Made by a program: the position numbers and the translations under genes. Source: Leucoraja ocellata (Eukaryota). From it: a stretch of DNA of 64,000 bases. The stretch spans positions 868,001 to 932,000 of the forward strand of contig JAWMAR010000213.1 in assembly GCA_036785375.1 (NCBI GenBank), written 5' to 3'. The notes beneath the pieces were generated by a model. That model searched no databases. It saw only the letters and a program-made list of their open reading frames with translations, and was not told the origin of the DNA. Below are positions 25,514-38,899 of the stretch, in pieces (position 1 is the first letter of the stretch; each line of letters begins with the position of its first letter).

Positions 25514-26773
25514 TAGCAATGTTACAAAAATTTGAGATTTTAAAAACAAGTCTGCAATTTATCCCATCAGATAAAGCATAAAAAGAGGTTTAATTTGACA
25601 CCTAATTCACTTTCATATCTTCAGTATTAAAAAAGGTTATGGCCATTTTCATACTCGGAAATTAGCATCTTGTTGTCTATTAATTTTCCATTGACTTAAC
25701 ACAAAAGCTGTGATCGAGAACAGTCAAAAGCCCATAACTTTCTTAAAAATTAAGAGAACTGAAAGAAATTTCCAGTTATTTTAGATTGAAGCATTCTGAA
25801 ACAAATATTAAACAATCTTTATTTAATTTCTTATTTTTTGATTGCTTTTATTCCGTGGCTATTATTTTTACTCATGTCTTATGTCTTTTAAATTTATTGT
25901 TGTATTTCATATGTAATTTTTGCGCCTCATGTGAGCAGTTATGGTGTCTGTTTATGATGTCTTATTCTTCTGTACAGCACTTTGGTCAACATTGGCTGTT
26001 TTAAAGTGCTTAACAAATAAAGTTGGATTGGATTGGAATCTTACTTGGATGACCTGAAATTAAAGCATATAATTAGTTAGTTACCCAATTGTAGCTAATT
26101 CCAAAATTCAATTACTAGATCTAAACATCTATCCATTTCTTAAGAAAAGATTAACATTTTTAAATAGCCTATGTGTCCAAAGAACATTCACACAATAATT
26201 CACAATAAAACATGATTTTAAAATCTCATTTACATTAATTTATATGCCAAATGGAAGGAATTCAATTGCTGTAAATTAATGGCCATTTAAATCAGCTTGC
26301 GAGTGGGTTTTTCTGGAACGCGATGGTTTGGAACGTTGCCATTGCGGTGGATTTGAAGCCCATATGCGGCATTAAAGATACTGCGGGTTTGAATGGGCCC
26401 CCAAGTCACGTACTCGCAACTTAAATTTTTGAATAAAGGGATCTTAAGAAGCACTTTTTAATGTAAAAACAAACAACATACCTTGCCTTGTCCCCTACAT
26501 AAGATCCGTCCCGTTGTCGGCGTTCACGGCTTTAGAGGATGATTTTTAATCTACTATAACAATTAAATAACCCAATTTAGTTTTAAAATAGCTGCAGCGA
26601 ACTAATGTTGCAGCGATTTTTCGTCAGCAACTAGGCAGGCTGAACAACCTCGATTTTAATAGCCTAGAGAAAATCTCGTTTTAAACCCGCCCCCTCTCAA
26701 AGGCGCCAAAGTCGCGCACACAGGCAGCGACAGAACTGCAGCGCCGCTGAAGGTAAGTTTTGTAACATACCTA
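25514..26773. mobile_element. Non-autonomous TIR DNA transposon, copy 1
   Basis: 16-bp TIR TAGCAATGTTACAAAA / TAGGTATGTTACAAAA; CTTCTTG duplicated at 25507-25513 and 26774-26780; homologous to 32881-33731. Confidence 0.88.
25820..26036 (+). mobile_element. L2-type 3' tail nested in the TIR element
   Basis: gtacagcactttgg..ttttaaagtgct..aataaag(TTGGA)n; TSD AATCTT at 25814-25819 and 26037-26042. Confidence 0.75.
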
Positions 26774-27309
26774 CTTCTTGCCCTACAACAGATCCTGGCT
26801 TATATTGGATAGATCTGCAACAATAATACTAAATTATGTGGGATTTTCAATTAATAAGGTGGCATTGAATTTGTCATCATTATTATCCGTTTCACGTATG
26901 CAGAACACTCTATTCAACCTTTATTTTCTATATTGCATCCCCCTCTGTGGATATTGGTCTAACAGGACTATGCCACAACATTTACCTCTTAATTTCAAAG
27001 CAATTGGTGACCCACTATCTTTTCAATTATTCTATTTAAGGACTTGCAGGCTCATGTAATATACCTTATTCTGTGAAGATTATAGTACTCGGCCAAGCTT
27101 AATGGAATTCCAAAACCTGATGGCTCCTTTCACATCCCTGGCAACAACTCCTGCCTCTTGTACCTTCTAATCAAGCAACCTTCCACATTTGGCCCACGGG
27201 TAATCATGGTTTCCTACCAAACTCAATTGCAGCATCGAGTTAACTTGATTTTTTGCTGGCATTACCAATTATTTGCGCTTGTTTCCTTCCTGCATTGCAG
27301 AATCATGCC

Positions 27310-28260
27310 ATGTGTTAACCGCAGATAACCAACCTGGAAATCCTGCTTTTCAGCCTTTGTCCGAGCTTTCTAAAGTCACACTGCAGAATCTCTTTCCTCT
27401 TCTTCCCGACATCATCTGTGCCGACATGCACTACCACTTCCGGTTGCTCACCTTCACCCTTGAGGATGCTCTGCAATCGGTCCGTGACGTCCTGGATCCT
27501 GGCACCAGGGAGGCAACACACCATCCTTGACCTGTTGCCGCGGAAACCCGTGTCTGAACCTCTCACGATTGAGTCCCTGACTACCATGGCTCTGACTGAC
27601 GTCTGTCTGTCTCTTCGGCTTTGCTTCAGCTCCACGTTTTGACTTGCAGACCTGTCCGCTGCTCAGACTGACAGTGTCTTCTGTCCCGACAGCTTCCAAG
27701 AAGATGAACCTGTTTTCAAGAGGTACATCCCCTGGGGTCTCCTGTACTCCAAGCTTCCTTCCCTTCCTCATCTTCCTCATCATCACCCACCTTCTCTCTT
27801 ACAGTATCTTCGATATCACTGCAGGTCCTGTCCAGGAAACTCGTGTTTTTCCGGATGATCCTGAGGTCATCCAGTTTCCTCTCCAGTCCCCCAACACAGT
27901 CCTTCAGAAGCTTTGCTTGGACACACTTTTCACAGTTGTGGCAGCCAGAGGCACCAGCAGTGTCCCTGACTTCCCACATCCTGCAAGCATCGCACTGAAT
28001 TAGCTTACCTGTAATTTCGTCACTTCGTCTCACCCTCTCCAACTTTTGGTGTTGTCTCCTCCCTCAGCCTCCTCGCAGAAGACTCGCGAGCCAAAGACTC
28101 TCACGTTTCTCACAAGGCACTTCCCTCGACAAGGCCGCTCCCCGACAGGCCGCTCCGCTAGAGCAAACCTTGCTTACATTAGTTGATAAATTGACTAATT
28201 CGCGAACTTACTGATTTGCAAATTAAATTCCTCCGCCAATCCCCGGACTCACTCCTTCAC
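27310..28260 (-). mobile_element. CR1 LINE 5' part with ORF1 (zinc finger and SGNH esterase-like domain), disrupted
   Basis: LIQCDACRMWEV..CHNCEKC, then VVRDSIVRG..VCCLPGARIQDV..VVVHVGTDD; GC-rich 5' UTR on the right. Confidence 0.85.
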
Positions 28261-29384
28261 CTGCCGCTCCTCTGCCGACCTTGAAGGTAAGGTAGATTAG
28301 AATTATAGATTGTCACAGAGGCTGATTCTGGCAGAGGCTGGCTGGGCTGAGTGGCTTCATTGTAGAATGCATTTCTATATATAGTAAGTGGGAGTGGAAA
28401 TGTTTGCATGCTGGCGGGAAAGCAGATGTTGCAACTCGGGAGACAGATAGGTAACACTCGGCTGGTGTGGCAGTGCAGAACGTGTGATAAAGTATCAGCA
28501 GGCTGTTTGAAACATCACCTGATAGTCTTTCCACTGACTTGCAATACAAAATCCGACAGTGCAATCACGCTGCAGATTTGCCTTTGTTGGATTTATACTC
28601 CTGTCTGTGAGCATCGCTTGACAGGAGAGCAGAAAGAATAAAACTGAACAAATGGGGAAATCAATTAAATATTAAAATTGACAAAATCCTCTTTAGAATC
28701 AGTTAGGAAACACTTCATACACAATAAATACACACATTTATTTCCATCATATTTTCCCATTACAAGTACTGGCATGAAGATATGCTTTGTATACGAGATA
28801 CCAAAATGCATCTCGCTATATAATCAGATAAGCAATAGGTATCATTTTATTTAAATCTAGGCTTTGGCTGAATTTCACTCTCAAACCCAGCAAAATTACT
28901 TCAACTGTGATAAAATCATAAGGTTGAACGTGCAATAGGATTGTTACTGTACAATTTATGGAAGTATGGAGATAAATTGTTGCTAAAATATGCCTGTTAC
29001 CACATGCCACAATGCCTTCAGGCATACTTTGTCTGCCAAGCTGTTTGAGGCTGCATGGACATAAAACATTTCCACTAATACAGAAATGGAGCTTCATTAT
29101 ATACCTTCACACATCATCAATATGCACATCTTATTAGTTAGACATCTGCCATAGCTTCTGTTTTCTGGAAAATGTCCAATGTTTAGTTATTTGAGTTGGG
29201 AATTGATAATTAAATACTTAACAGTTGGGGGGAAAGATTTTCTTCAGACAAAAAATGCTCCTTGAAAAATAAATGACGTGGCTCCTAAAACTAGAGATGC
29301 ATGAAGTTGAATGTGCTTAGATATCGGGTACAAAGGAAAACTGAGCTAATGTGAGCTTCATACAACTAGATCAGAAAGTGCAGG

Positions 29385-30100
29385 GTAGATTACAAACTAC
29401 TGAAGGAACTCAGTGGGTCAGGCAGCATCTGTGGAGGGAATGAACAGATGTTGTTTCAGGGCAGGGCCCTCCTTCAGACTGATAGAAGTAAAGTTGTAGA
29501 AAAGTGGAGGGGTGGGATGGGGTAAAGCCTGTCAATTGATAAGTGGATACAGGTGGAGTAAGTGACAAAGTCTAGAGGTGAAAAGGATACAAAGCAATGT
29601 CAAATAGGGAAAGAAGTGTTGGGGTGAAATGTAAAACTGGTGGAAGGGACATGGGTGGAAGGAGGAGAAGGGAAAAAGGGGGTTAAAGGGGAATATGGGA
29701 TGGGAGATGAGTATATGGATGAGGGGAAAGGAGCGTGTTGAGTAGGTCAGTGGAAGATGGAAGAAGAAAAGTGTGTGGATGGGGGGCAGGAAAAAAGAGA
29801 GGGGGGGGGGAGGGGCAGGGGTATTACTTGAAACTGGAGAATTCAATGGGTTGTAAGCTACCCAAGCGGTATATGAGGTGCTGTTCTTCCAGTTCGCATA
29901 TGGCTTCATTATGCCAAGGGAGGAGGCCAAGGACAAAGGGTTGATGTGGGAAGGGGTGTTTTTTCCTCCCTATTCTGTCAGTCTGAAATAAAGTCCTGAC
30001 CTGAAATGCCACCTGCCCATGTCCTCCCGTAAATGCTGCCTGATCTGCTGAGTTCCTCTGGCAGTTCGCTTGTTTTTGCGCATGATTCCAGCACCTGCAT
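29385..30100 (-). mobile_element. Penelope-like 3' fragment with inverted pLTR
   Basis: Minus-strand peptide VLGLL..ELEEQHLIYRLGSLQP matches the GIY-YIG C-terminus at 20697-21023; pLTRs at both ends in opposite orientations. Confidence 0.8.
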
Positions 30101-30289
30101 ACAAAAGGTGCAGAGATGAAAGTAGAAAAGAGATCAGGATGGCGAAAAGAAGGCTTGAAAATGTATTCCAGGAAAAACTGTGAAGTGCAAGTGGATAACT
30201 AAGTATTATTAGAGATTAAATATGTAACCGGCGCTTGGAAGTGAAGTCAATTCCCAGGTGAAGGACAAGGGTGCTGCGGATCTGCCAAA

Positions 30290-31510
30290 CGATCCAGAGT
30301 GTTTAGTTTATTGTCATGTGTCAGGTACAGTGAAAGGTTTGTTGCTTGCTCACCTGTCAGTGGAAAGACTAAACAAAATTGCAATCAACACATCTGCAGT
30401 GTACAGATATATAATACAGGGAATAAAGTCCGATTAAAGATGATCTGAGGGTCAGCAATGAGGTAGATAGTAGCTCGGGACTGCTCTCCAGTTATTGATA
30501 GGATGATTCAATTGCCTAATAACAGCAGGGAAGAAACTCCCTGAATCTGGCAGTGTGCGTTTTTACACTTCCATACCTTTTGCCTGATGGGAGAGGGGAG
30601 AAGAGTGAGTGACCAGAGTACTGTCCAGTGGCCTTTACATGCACCATCGTGAAGTACTTCCAGAGATTGGTTATGGCACACATTAAATCCGGCTTACCGA
30701 GCAGCCTTGATCCAGTGCAATTCACCTACCGCCACAACATGTTCAAGACTGAAGCTATCTCCCTGACCCTAAACTCATCCCTGGAACACCTGGACAAGAA
30801 ATAAACCTATTCATAGACTACAGCTCATCTTTCAATACCATTATCCCATCCAAGCTCATTTCCAAACTCGTGGAACATGGAGTCAGGACTCCCCTCTGCA
30901 ACTGGATCCTTTTTGACCAACTGACCACAATCGGTGAGGATGGGTGACAAATCATCCTCTATGATAATCCTCAACACTGGTGCCCCACAAGGATGCGTTC
31001 TCAGCTCCTTATACACTCTTGACTATGCAGCCATATACCAATCTAACTCAATTTACAAGTTCACTGACGACACTGCCATAATGGGCGGAATATCAAATAA
31101 TTGTGTGACTAAGTACAGGAAGGAGATTGGGTACCTTGTAACCTGGTGCCAAGACAACAATGTCTTCCTCAATGTCTTCCTCTTCACTCCCTCTTCTGCC
31201 CTCTCCCATCTGGCCTCCAGATGTGCACCTCAAGATTCAGGGACAGTTTCTTTCCAGGTGTTATCAGGCAACTGAATAATCTGAGCACAACCAGAGAGCA
31301 GTGCTAAACTACTATCTACCTGTTTGGTGACCCTCAGATTATCCTTGATCGAACTTTACTGGCTTTACCTTGCAATAACCGTTATTCCCTTATGTATCTA
31401 TACACTATAAATGGCTCGATTGTAATCATGTATTGTCTTTCTGCTGACTGGATAGCATGCAACAAATATTTTTCACTGTAATTCGGTACAAGTAACAATA
31501 AACTGAGCTG
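30290..31510. mobile_element. Rex1/Babar-type LINE fragments (3' end on -, then RT and 3' end on +)
   Basis: KYFQRLVMAHIKSGLPSSLDPVQF, LNTGAPQGCVLS, KFTDDT; HSLFSPLPSGKRY 3' motif. Confidence 0.8.
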
Positions 31511-31616
31511 AACTGTGTTGGAAGGAACTGCAGATGCTGGTTTACACTGAAGACACCGATCCGAAATGTCACCTCTTCCTTTTCTCCAGAAATGCTGCCT
31601 GACCCGCTGAGTTAAC

Positions 31617-32260
31617 ATAGAAAATAGGTGCAGGAGGAGGCCGTTCGGCCCTTCGAGCCTGCACCACCATTCATTGTGATCATGGCTGATCGTCCCAAAT
31701 CAATAACCCGTGCCTGTCTTCTCCCCATATCTCTTGATTCCACTAGCCCCTAGAGCTCTATCTAACTCTCTCTTAAATCCATCCAGTGATTTGGCCTCTA
31801 CTGCCCTCTGTGGCAGGGAATTCCACAAACTCACAACTCTCAGGGTGAAAACGTTTTTTCTCACCTCAGTCTTAAATGGCCTCCCCTTTATTCTAAGACT
31901 GTGGCCCCTGGTTCTGGACTCACCCAACATTGGTAATATTTTTCCTGCATCTAGCTTGTCCAGTCCTTTTATAATGTTATATGTTTCTATAAGAACCCCC
32001 TCATCCTTCTAAACCCCAGTGAATACAAGCCTAGTCTTTTCAAACTTTCCTCATATGACAGTCCCGCCATCCCAGGGATCAATCTCATGAACCTACGCTG
32101 CACTGCCTCAATCACAAGGATGTCCTTCCTCAAATTAGGAGACCAAAACTGTACACAACATTCAAGATGTGGTCTGACCAGAGCCCTATACAACTGCAGA
32201 AGAACCTCTTTACTCCTATACTGAAATCCTCTTGTTATCCAGGCCAACATTTCATTAGCA
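31617..32260 (-). mobile_element. CR1 LINE 3' fragment
   Basis: LYRALVRPHLECCVQFWSP and RVVSLWNSLPQ on the - strand. Confidence 0.9.
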
Positions 32261-32319
32261 TTAGTTACTTCAGCTCTTTGTGTCTAACCTCTTCCTCAAT
32301 GTCTTCAGGAAGCGAAGCA

Positions 32320-32806
32320 GGACACACACCCTGGTATACTTTGGTGGTGCCGGAGTAGAGATGGTCAAAGCTTCAAGTTCTTAGGAATTAATATCACCAA
32401 CAAATTGTCTTGGACAAGCAACATCAACGTTATGGCCAAAAAAAGGACACCAATACTTCCTTAGAAGGCTTAGGAAGTTCAGCATATTTCCAACAACCAT
32501 CACCAACCTACAGATGTGCCATAGAAGTCATTTTATTGGGATGCATCACAACATGGTTTAGGAACAGTTCCATCCAAGACTGCAAAAAATTGGATAGTTG
32601 TGGTCGTAGCCCAGACCATCACGCAAACCAACCAACCTTCCAATGACTCCATCTTTACTTCACACTTCCTTGACAGTGCCACCAGCATAATCAAGGACCA
32701 GTCTTACCCTGGTCATTCCCTCTTCTCCTCACTCCCATTAGGCAAGAGTGCAGAAGTTTTTTTCCCAGCAGTTGTCAAGCAACTGAACCATCCTCTCACC
32801 AGCTAG
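32320..32806 (+). mobile_element. Rex1-type LINE 3' fragment
   Basis: YRCAIEVILLGCITTWF..SIIKDQSYPGHSLFSSLP. Confidence 0.8.
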
Positions 32807-32880
32807 GCTAGGAATTATCTTTTGTAAAAATATTTTTCCTACGTTTTCACAATAAAGTGGGAATCACAGACATCATACTG

Positions 32881-33731
32881 TAGGTATGTTACAAAACCTA
32901 CCTGAATCGTGGCTGAGCATCTGCCCCACCCCTTGTGTGTGCTTTTGGAGCTGTTTGGAGGGGGCGGGTTTAAAACCCGATTTTTACTAGGCTGTTCCAA
33001 TCGCAGATGTTCAGCCTAGTAAATCATTAACGGAGAATCGCTGCAAGACCCGGTCCCAAAAGCTATTATGGTCTCGAATAGTAGATATAATAATTTTAAA
33101 AGCTCTCGTTCAGTTCGCAACCTCTCGCAGCCCCAGGGTTTTATAAAGCAAACAATTAAAGGTATGTACCTTATTTTTACATTAAATGGGGCATGTATAT
33201 AACCCTATAATTAAAATTTTCTATAGCGAGTAGCTCATTTTGGGCTTTTTATATCCCGCAGTATTTTTCTCGGCATTTGAGGGCACAAATCCAGCGCGAT
33301 TTGAACGTTCTAAACCAGCGCGTTCACAGAAACCCACTAGAAAACCGATTTAAATGGGCATTTATTTACAGCAATTGAACACTAAATTCCTTCCATTTGG
33401 CCTATAAATTAATGTAAATTAGATATAAAAATCATGTTATATTGTGAATTATTTGTGAATAATCTTTGGACACTTAGGCTATTTAAAAATGTTAATCTTT
33501 CCTTAAGAAATGTGCTTTTGACTATCCAAGATCACAGCTTTTTTGCAATGTCCATTGAAAATCAATAGGGAACAAGATGCTAATTTCCGAGTATGAAAAT
33601 GGTCATAACTTTTTTAATACTTGAGATATGAAAGTGAATTTGGTGTCAAATTAAACTTATTGTTATGCTTTATCTGATGGGATAAATTGCAGACTTGATT
33701 TTTTAAATCTCAAAATTTTGTAACATTGCTA
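32881..33731. mobile_element. Non-autonomous TIR DNA transposon, copy 2 (opposite orientation)
   Basis: Same TIRs as copy 1; CATACTG duplicated at 32874-32880 and 33732-33738; internal deletion near 33512 relative to copy 1. Confidence 0.88.
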
Positions 33732-35315
33732 CATACTGGATGGATTAAACATTGTGTGAGAGGAAATGTCGATGAATTAGCATCATGAAAGTTGATAAAT
33801 ATGAATAAAAATAGAAAATGTTGGCTACATCTGTGGAAAGAGGTTATTATTGACTTTGATAAATTGGAAGATGTAGATGAAATGTATGGAAAACTATGAA
33901 AAGAATTAAAGGAGGAAATAGAAAGCATTGCTACCAATTAAAAAACTTCTGTGCTGGAGTAACTCAGCAGATTAGGCACCATATCTGGAGAACGTGCATA
34001 GGTGATATCTTAGGTCGACAACTTTCTTTAGATTTTAGTAAAAGGAGCCTGAAGAAGAAGCTTGATCCAAAATGCCAGCCATCCATGTTGTCCAGAGATT
34101 TGCTGAGTTACTCCAGCACTTGGTCTTTTTTTTTTTGTAAATTAGCACCTGCAGTTCCTTGTGTCTCAAATTTTAAAAAATTCTCTTTGATGGAGAAATC
34201 CTCTTTGAGGATTGTGAACATGGTGCTGTTGTTTAATAAGTGAGAATGGAATAAGCAATGTGGTTGCCCCTGATGTAATTGAGTCATAATATCCAGGGGT
34301 AGTTGATGAGAATACTCAGAGAATAATAAAGGGCTTAATGAAAGATTAGTGTAAATAGGTAAATTGGAGTCAGTGGGTTGAAAGGCCTGTTTCCCTACTG
34401 TACATCTTCCACTGAGTTACTGAAATTTTACCAAACATACAGGGGCTTCAATTGGTGTATTCGATGCAGTGTTTTTGTCAAATTTCCAGATGACGGGCTG
34501 TGGGATTCGATGTATGTGGTTAATTAAATCCAAATTGCTTAGAGGAGAAAAAAAGGGAATAATGGTGAGTGAATATTTCTATAACTAGAGGTCTGTCGTG
34601 CAGTGCTCCAAAGGTTTTTTGCAATGTCCCTTTTTAGGTGGGCATAATTTAAGATGTTTACTGTTGAGATAACAATTGATTGTGTGGTTTATGGTGAATA
34701 TAGCTGTGGGTGCCTGGAGATGATGTCAACCAGGCATGTGGCCAGAAAACGGATTATTGAAATTTAACTGGAGAAATATAGGATAATAGAATTAGGAGTG
34801 GAGGGGTCAAAGAACTATCAATCCATGGTGAGAGCACAATTGTCGAGTACTATGAAACGTGAACGATCAGGGGAAGACCTAATATAAACAAGAGATAAGG
34901 TGGTTTTTTTGCAACAGAGGAAGCTGAAGGGAAATTTACGATGCACGAAATATAAGAGGCCTGAATAGGGAGAAAGCATTTCAACAACCAGTGAGGTCAG
35001 GAGGTGGTCATGTATTTAAAGTTCAGACACAAGGAATTCCAAACTCACGCAGGTTTGTTGGTTAACTGGCTTCTGTAAATTGCCCCTAGTGTGTAGGACA
35101 TAGAACGGTGATTTGATGGATGGTGTGGGCTGAAAGATTGTTTCCACACTATCTCTAAGCTTGAACTGTAGATATAGGAATCTTGAGCAGTCTGAAAAAG
35201 GGTCACGATAAAAACCTCGCCTATCCATTCCCTCCACAGATGCTGCTTGACTGCTAAGTCCCTCCAGCACTTTGTGTTTTGCTCATGTATTTAAAGTTAT
35301 TTGTAGGAAATTTAA

Positions 35316-35630
35316 GGTCATACGGAATAAGAGTAGAATTAGGCCATTTGGCCCACCAAGTCTACTCTGCCATTAAATCATGGCCAATCTATCTCTTCCT
35401 CCTAACCCCATTCTCCTGCCTTCTCCCCATAACCTCGGACACTTGTACTAATCAAGAATCGATCAATCACTGCCTTAAAAATATCCACTGACTTGGCCTC
35501 CACAGGCTTCTGTGGCAATGAATTCCACAGATTCACCACCCTCTAACTAAAGACATTTCTCCTCATCTTTTTCCTAAAAGAACGTTCTTTAACTAGTGGA
35601 AATATCCTCTCCACACCCACTCGATCTAAG
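35316..35630 (-). mobile_element. CR1 3' end
   Basis: agaattaggccatt..ctaaccccattctcctgccttctccccataacc..gaattccacagattcaccaccctc. Confidence 0.85.
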
Positions 35631-36004
35631 CCGGAAGATTTAGCAGGAAGATGAGCAGATATCTTTGCAGATATAGGGTAATGGGCTTCACAAAACAGTG
35701 TTTATTAGTGGAGTAAAGCTATAAACCTTTGTGGCATTGAGTTTGTGTTTGTACTGTCACCTGAATTGCAGTAATCTATGAGTACAAATTAAGAATGAAA
35801 TGATGAGCCAAATAACTTTATAACCATATAACAATTACAGCACGGAAACAGGCCATCTCGGCCCTACAAGTCCGTGCCGCATGGTATTCTTCTCTACCGT
35901 TACTATTTATGATTTGTTGGGTGGAGCTGAGAAAGGTTTAAAAATCAATTTGATCCATTGAGCAGCTTGAGGAGCAAATTGTCAGCTTGGATTGGTGTGC
36001 AAAT

Positions 36005-36712
36005 TGATTCAAGATGTGTTTATTGCCACATGTACCAATTAAGGTTCAGTGAAATTCGAGTTACCATATGGCCGCACCAAGTGAAAAGCAGTCAGACACA
36101 CAACCACATAAAATAAAATGTAACATAAACATCCACCATAGCAGCTCCTCACATTCCTCACTGTGATGGAAGGTAATAAAGTCGAATTTCTCCCTCTTTC
36201 TTCTCTGCGGTCGGGGCTATCGAACCATCCACGGTCGGGGCCATCAAAGCTCCCGCAGCCCGTGATCCGAGGCCCTCGCGTCGGGGTGATGAAACTCCCA
36301 GGTCAGGACGGTTGAAACCCACCACGGTTTGGAGCCCCGACTCAATCTCAAACCAGGGCCCGCTACATTTAGACCAGGCTCCAAGATGTTAAAGTTGTGG
36401 CTGGAGCTCTCCACAGTCGATCCCTGGCAAGGGGTTCGCAGCCCCATGATGGTAAGTCGACGCCGGCCTGCGTTGAAGCGCCGGGTCGGTCTCCAGGAAA
36501 GGCCGTGCCGCTCCACGATGTTAGGCCGCAATGGGGGACGGAGATACGACATGGAAAAAATTGCATCTTCATCGAGGTAAGAGATTGAAACAAGTTTCCC
36601 CCTCCCCCCCTCCCCCCCCATCCTCCACACAAAACAAACCACGAGAAACTAAAACAAACTTTTAACACCTACTTAAAATAACAAAACAGAAAGAAATGAC
36701 AGACAGACAAAT
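36005..36712 (-). mobile_element. Non-coding GC-rich retroposon with Rex1-like 3' tail
   Basis: Minus strand ends ..ccttccatcacagtgaggaatg..tggtggatgtttatgttac..aatttcactg..catgtggcaataaa; tail shared with 38900-39395. Confidence 0.55.
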
Positions 36713-37693
36713 GGGGGAAAAAAACAATCCAGATTCTTGAACTGCATATGTTCCTGCAGAAGGTGTTTAAAATCTGACTCCTCAGTGCATCAAGGCTAAC
36801 AGCAAAAGGCAAAACATTGTGGGTGCATGTTTATTTTGAAATAATTAAAATATATTACGGAGAAATTAACCCTTTATTTATTTTTTTATTATTATTAAAT
36901 CGTTGAAAACATCAGCGACGCAGTGATGCTGGTTTCCGACGGGCACGGTGACGGACGCACCACACATCTCCGTCCTCCATGCAGCTGGCAAGCTCCTCTT
37001 GCCGGCTTGTGCAGATGTTAATTCATCATGAGTTCAGAAAAGTGGTGCTTTGATGAAACATCTTATTGAATGGCGAACTTGTATTTCATAATCTAGAAAC
37101 CTCAGTTTGTTTTGTAGTCTCACTATTTGAATATTTGTCTCTTCATTTTTATTCTTAAAGTAGATAAATTGACATTTCCCCACATTTTGTGGGTATACCC
37201 ATACCTTAAGGATTGCAGTGGCTCAAGGTGGCAATGTACACAGTTGCCAAGTGTGGTGGAGATACCAAGATTACCAAGTTGCTAGGCAGACACAGTGCAT
37301 TCTAAGGGTATAGATGGGTGAAGGCCATGTATGAACCCACATTATAAGTGCTGTGAGGGAGCTATTGTACGAGCTGTAATTCTATATGTCGTTTCAGTTA
37401 ACTGTCCCACTATCTGTGCCAATGCATTATTTCCATGCTGTGGGAGTACGGTTATCATATTAGGTGGTTTTCCTTTTATGTATCAAAATCAACCTGTGGG
37501 CGTCGGTAAAAGCAGAGCCTATTCATTACCAAGACCGCCTGTAGCTGTACATTCACACGCTGTTTTGCTGCCTTGAACATGCAGTTTCAGCAGGTTTGCA
37601 TCTCATTTCTAAGTATTCTTGATGGTGTTCTCTGGATGTCGTTTTGAACTTCTCATTGAACCAGTTTTGATCACCTGGCTTACTAATAGTGGT

Positions 37694-37741
37694 CTTCTTC
37701 TTGCATATAGCGTGCACAGCCTAAAGTTGTTGGACAACTTG
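37694..37741 (-). mobile_element. 5'-truncated copy of the ribozyme-headed short retroposon
   Basis: 48 bp matching the 3' end of 41641-41784, (AAG)n tail, perfect 12-bp TSD ACTAATAGTGGT at 37682-37693 and 37742-37753. Confidence 0.9.
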
Positions 37742-38429
37742 ACTAATAGTGGTAAGAGTGAGGGATATGCTGGGCCACGAGTTTGCAGATAGTGGCGATC
37801 TACACTTTTTCTGCTGCCAATGGCCCACAGAGCCTCATGGATGCCCAGCTGCCTGGACAGGTTGTATTGCTGTGCAGTATAGAGTCATACAGTGGAAACT
37901 GGCTCTTCAGCCCAACTTGCTCACACCGACCAACATGCCCCATCTATACTAGTCCCACATGCTTGCATTTGGCCCATATCCCTCTAAACCTGTCCTATCC
38001 ACGTACCTGTCAATGCATCTTAAATGTGGCGATATTACTTGCAACCGTAAGATGAAGGGTGTGAAGATGAAACTTTGTTTCCACAAGGATTTCTGCACCA
38101 GCATTCCCAAGTCCCTTTGCACCTCCAAAATCTGAATCCTCTCCCCATTTAGAAAGCAGTCTTCGCCTTTACTCCTTTACCAAAGTGCATGATGGTACAG
38201 TTTACAAGACTGTATTCCATTTGTCACTTATTTTCCCAATCTCCCAACCGGACCAAGTCATTCTGCAGACCCTGCTTTCTCAACACTTCCTGCCTCTCCA
38301 CCTATTTGTGTAATATCCGCATTTGACAACAAAGCCATGGGGTTGAAAGGGGTTTCCCCATTCAGCATTGTCCATGGAAGACCTTGTTGTGTAAATAGTG
38401 CTAATTTCCCATAACAAGAAGGACTTGTG

Positions 38430-38880
38430 GGAATGTTGTCAGGGCCAGAGTTATAGAGAAAGGATGTGCAAATTAGGACTTTATTCCTTGGAATGCCAGA
38501 GGCTGATGGCAAACTTATAGAGGTGTATAAACTCGTGAGGGTAATAGATAGGGTGAAGGCGGAGAGTCTTTTAGGATAGGGGAATCAAGAACCAGAGGAC
38601 ATGGGTTTAAGGTGAGATGGGCAAGATTTAATAGGAACATGAGGAGTAACCGTTTCATTTACAGTGTGGTTGGTAGATGGAACGAGCTGCCAGAGGAGGT
38701 AGTTGAGACCGGTACTATAATGGCATTTCAAAGACCCTTGGACAAATACATGGATAGGAATGATTTAGAGGGATTTGGGCCAAACATGAACAAATGGGAC
38801 TAACTGAGATGGGGAATCTTGGTTGTCATGGACAAGTTGGACTGTAGGGCCTGTTTCTGTGCAGTATGAATCTGATTCTA
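38430..38880 (+). mobile_element. CR1 3' fragment
   Basis: VVGRWNELPEEVVE..DKYMDR..GPNMNKWD and a gggcctgtttc tail. Confidence 0.85.
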
Positions 38881-38899
38881 TAACTACTTGATCCTGATG

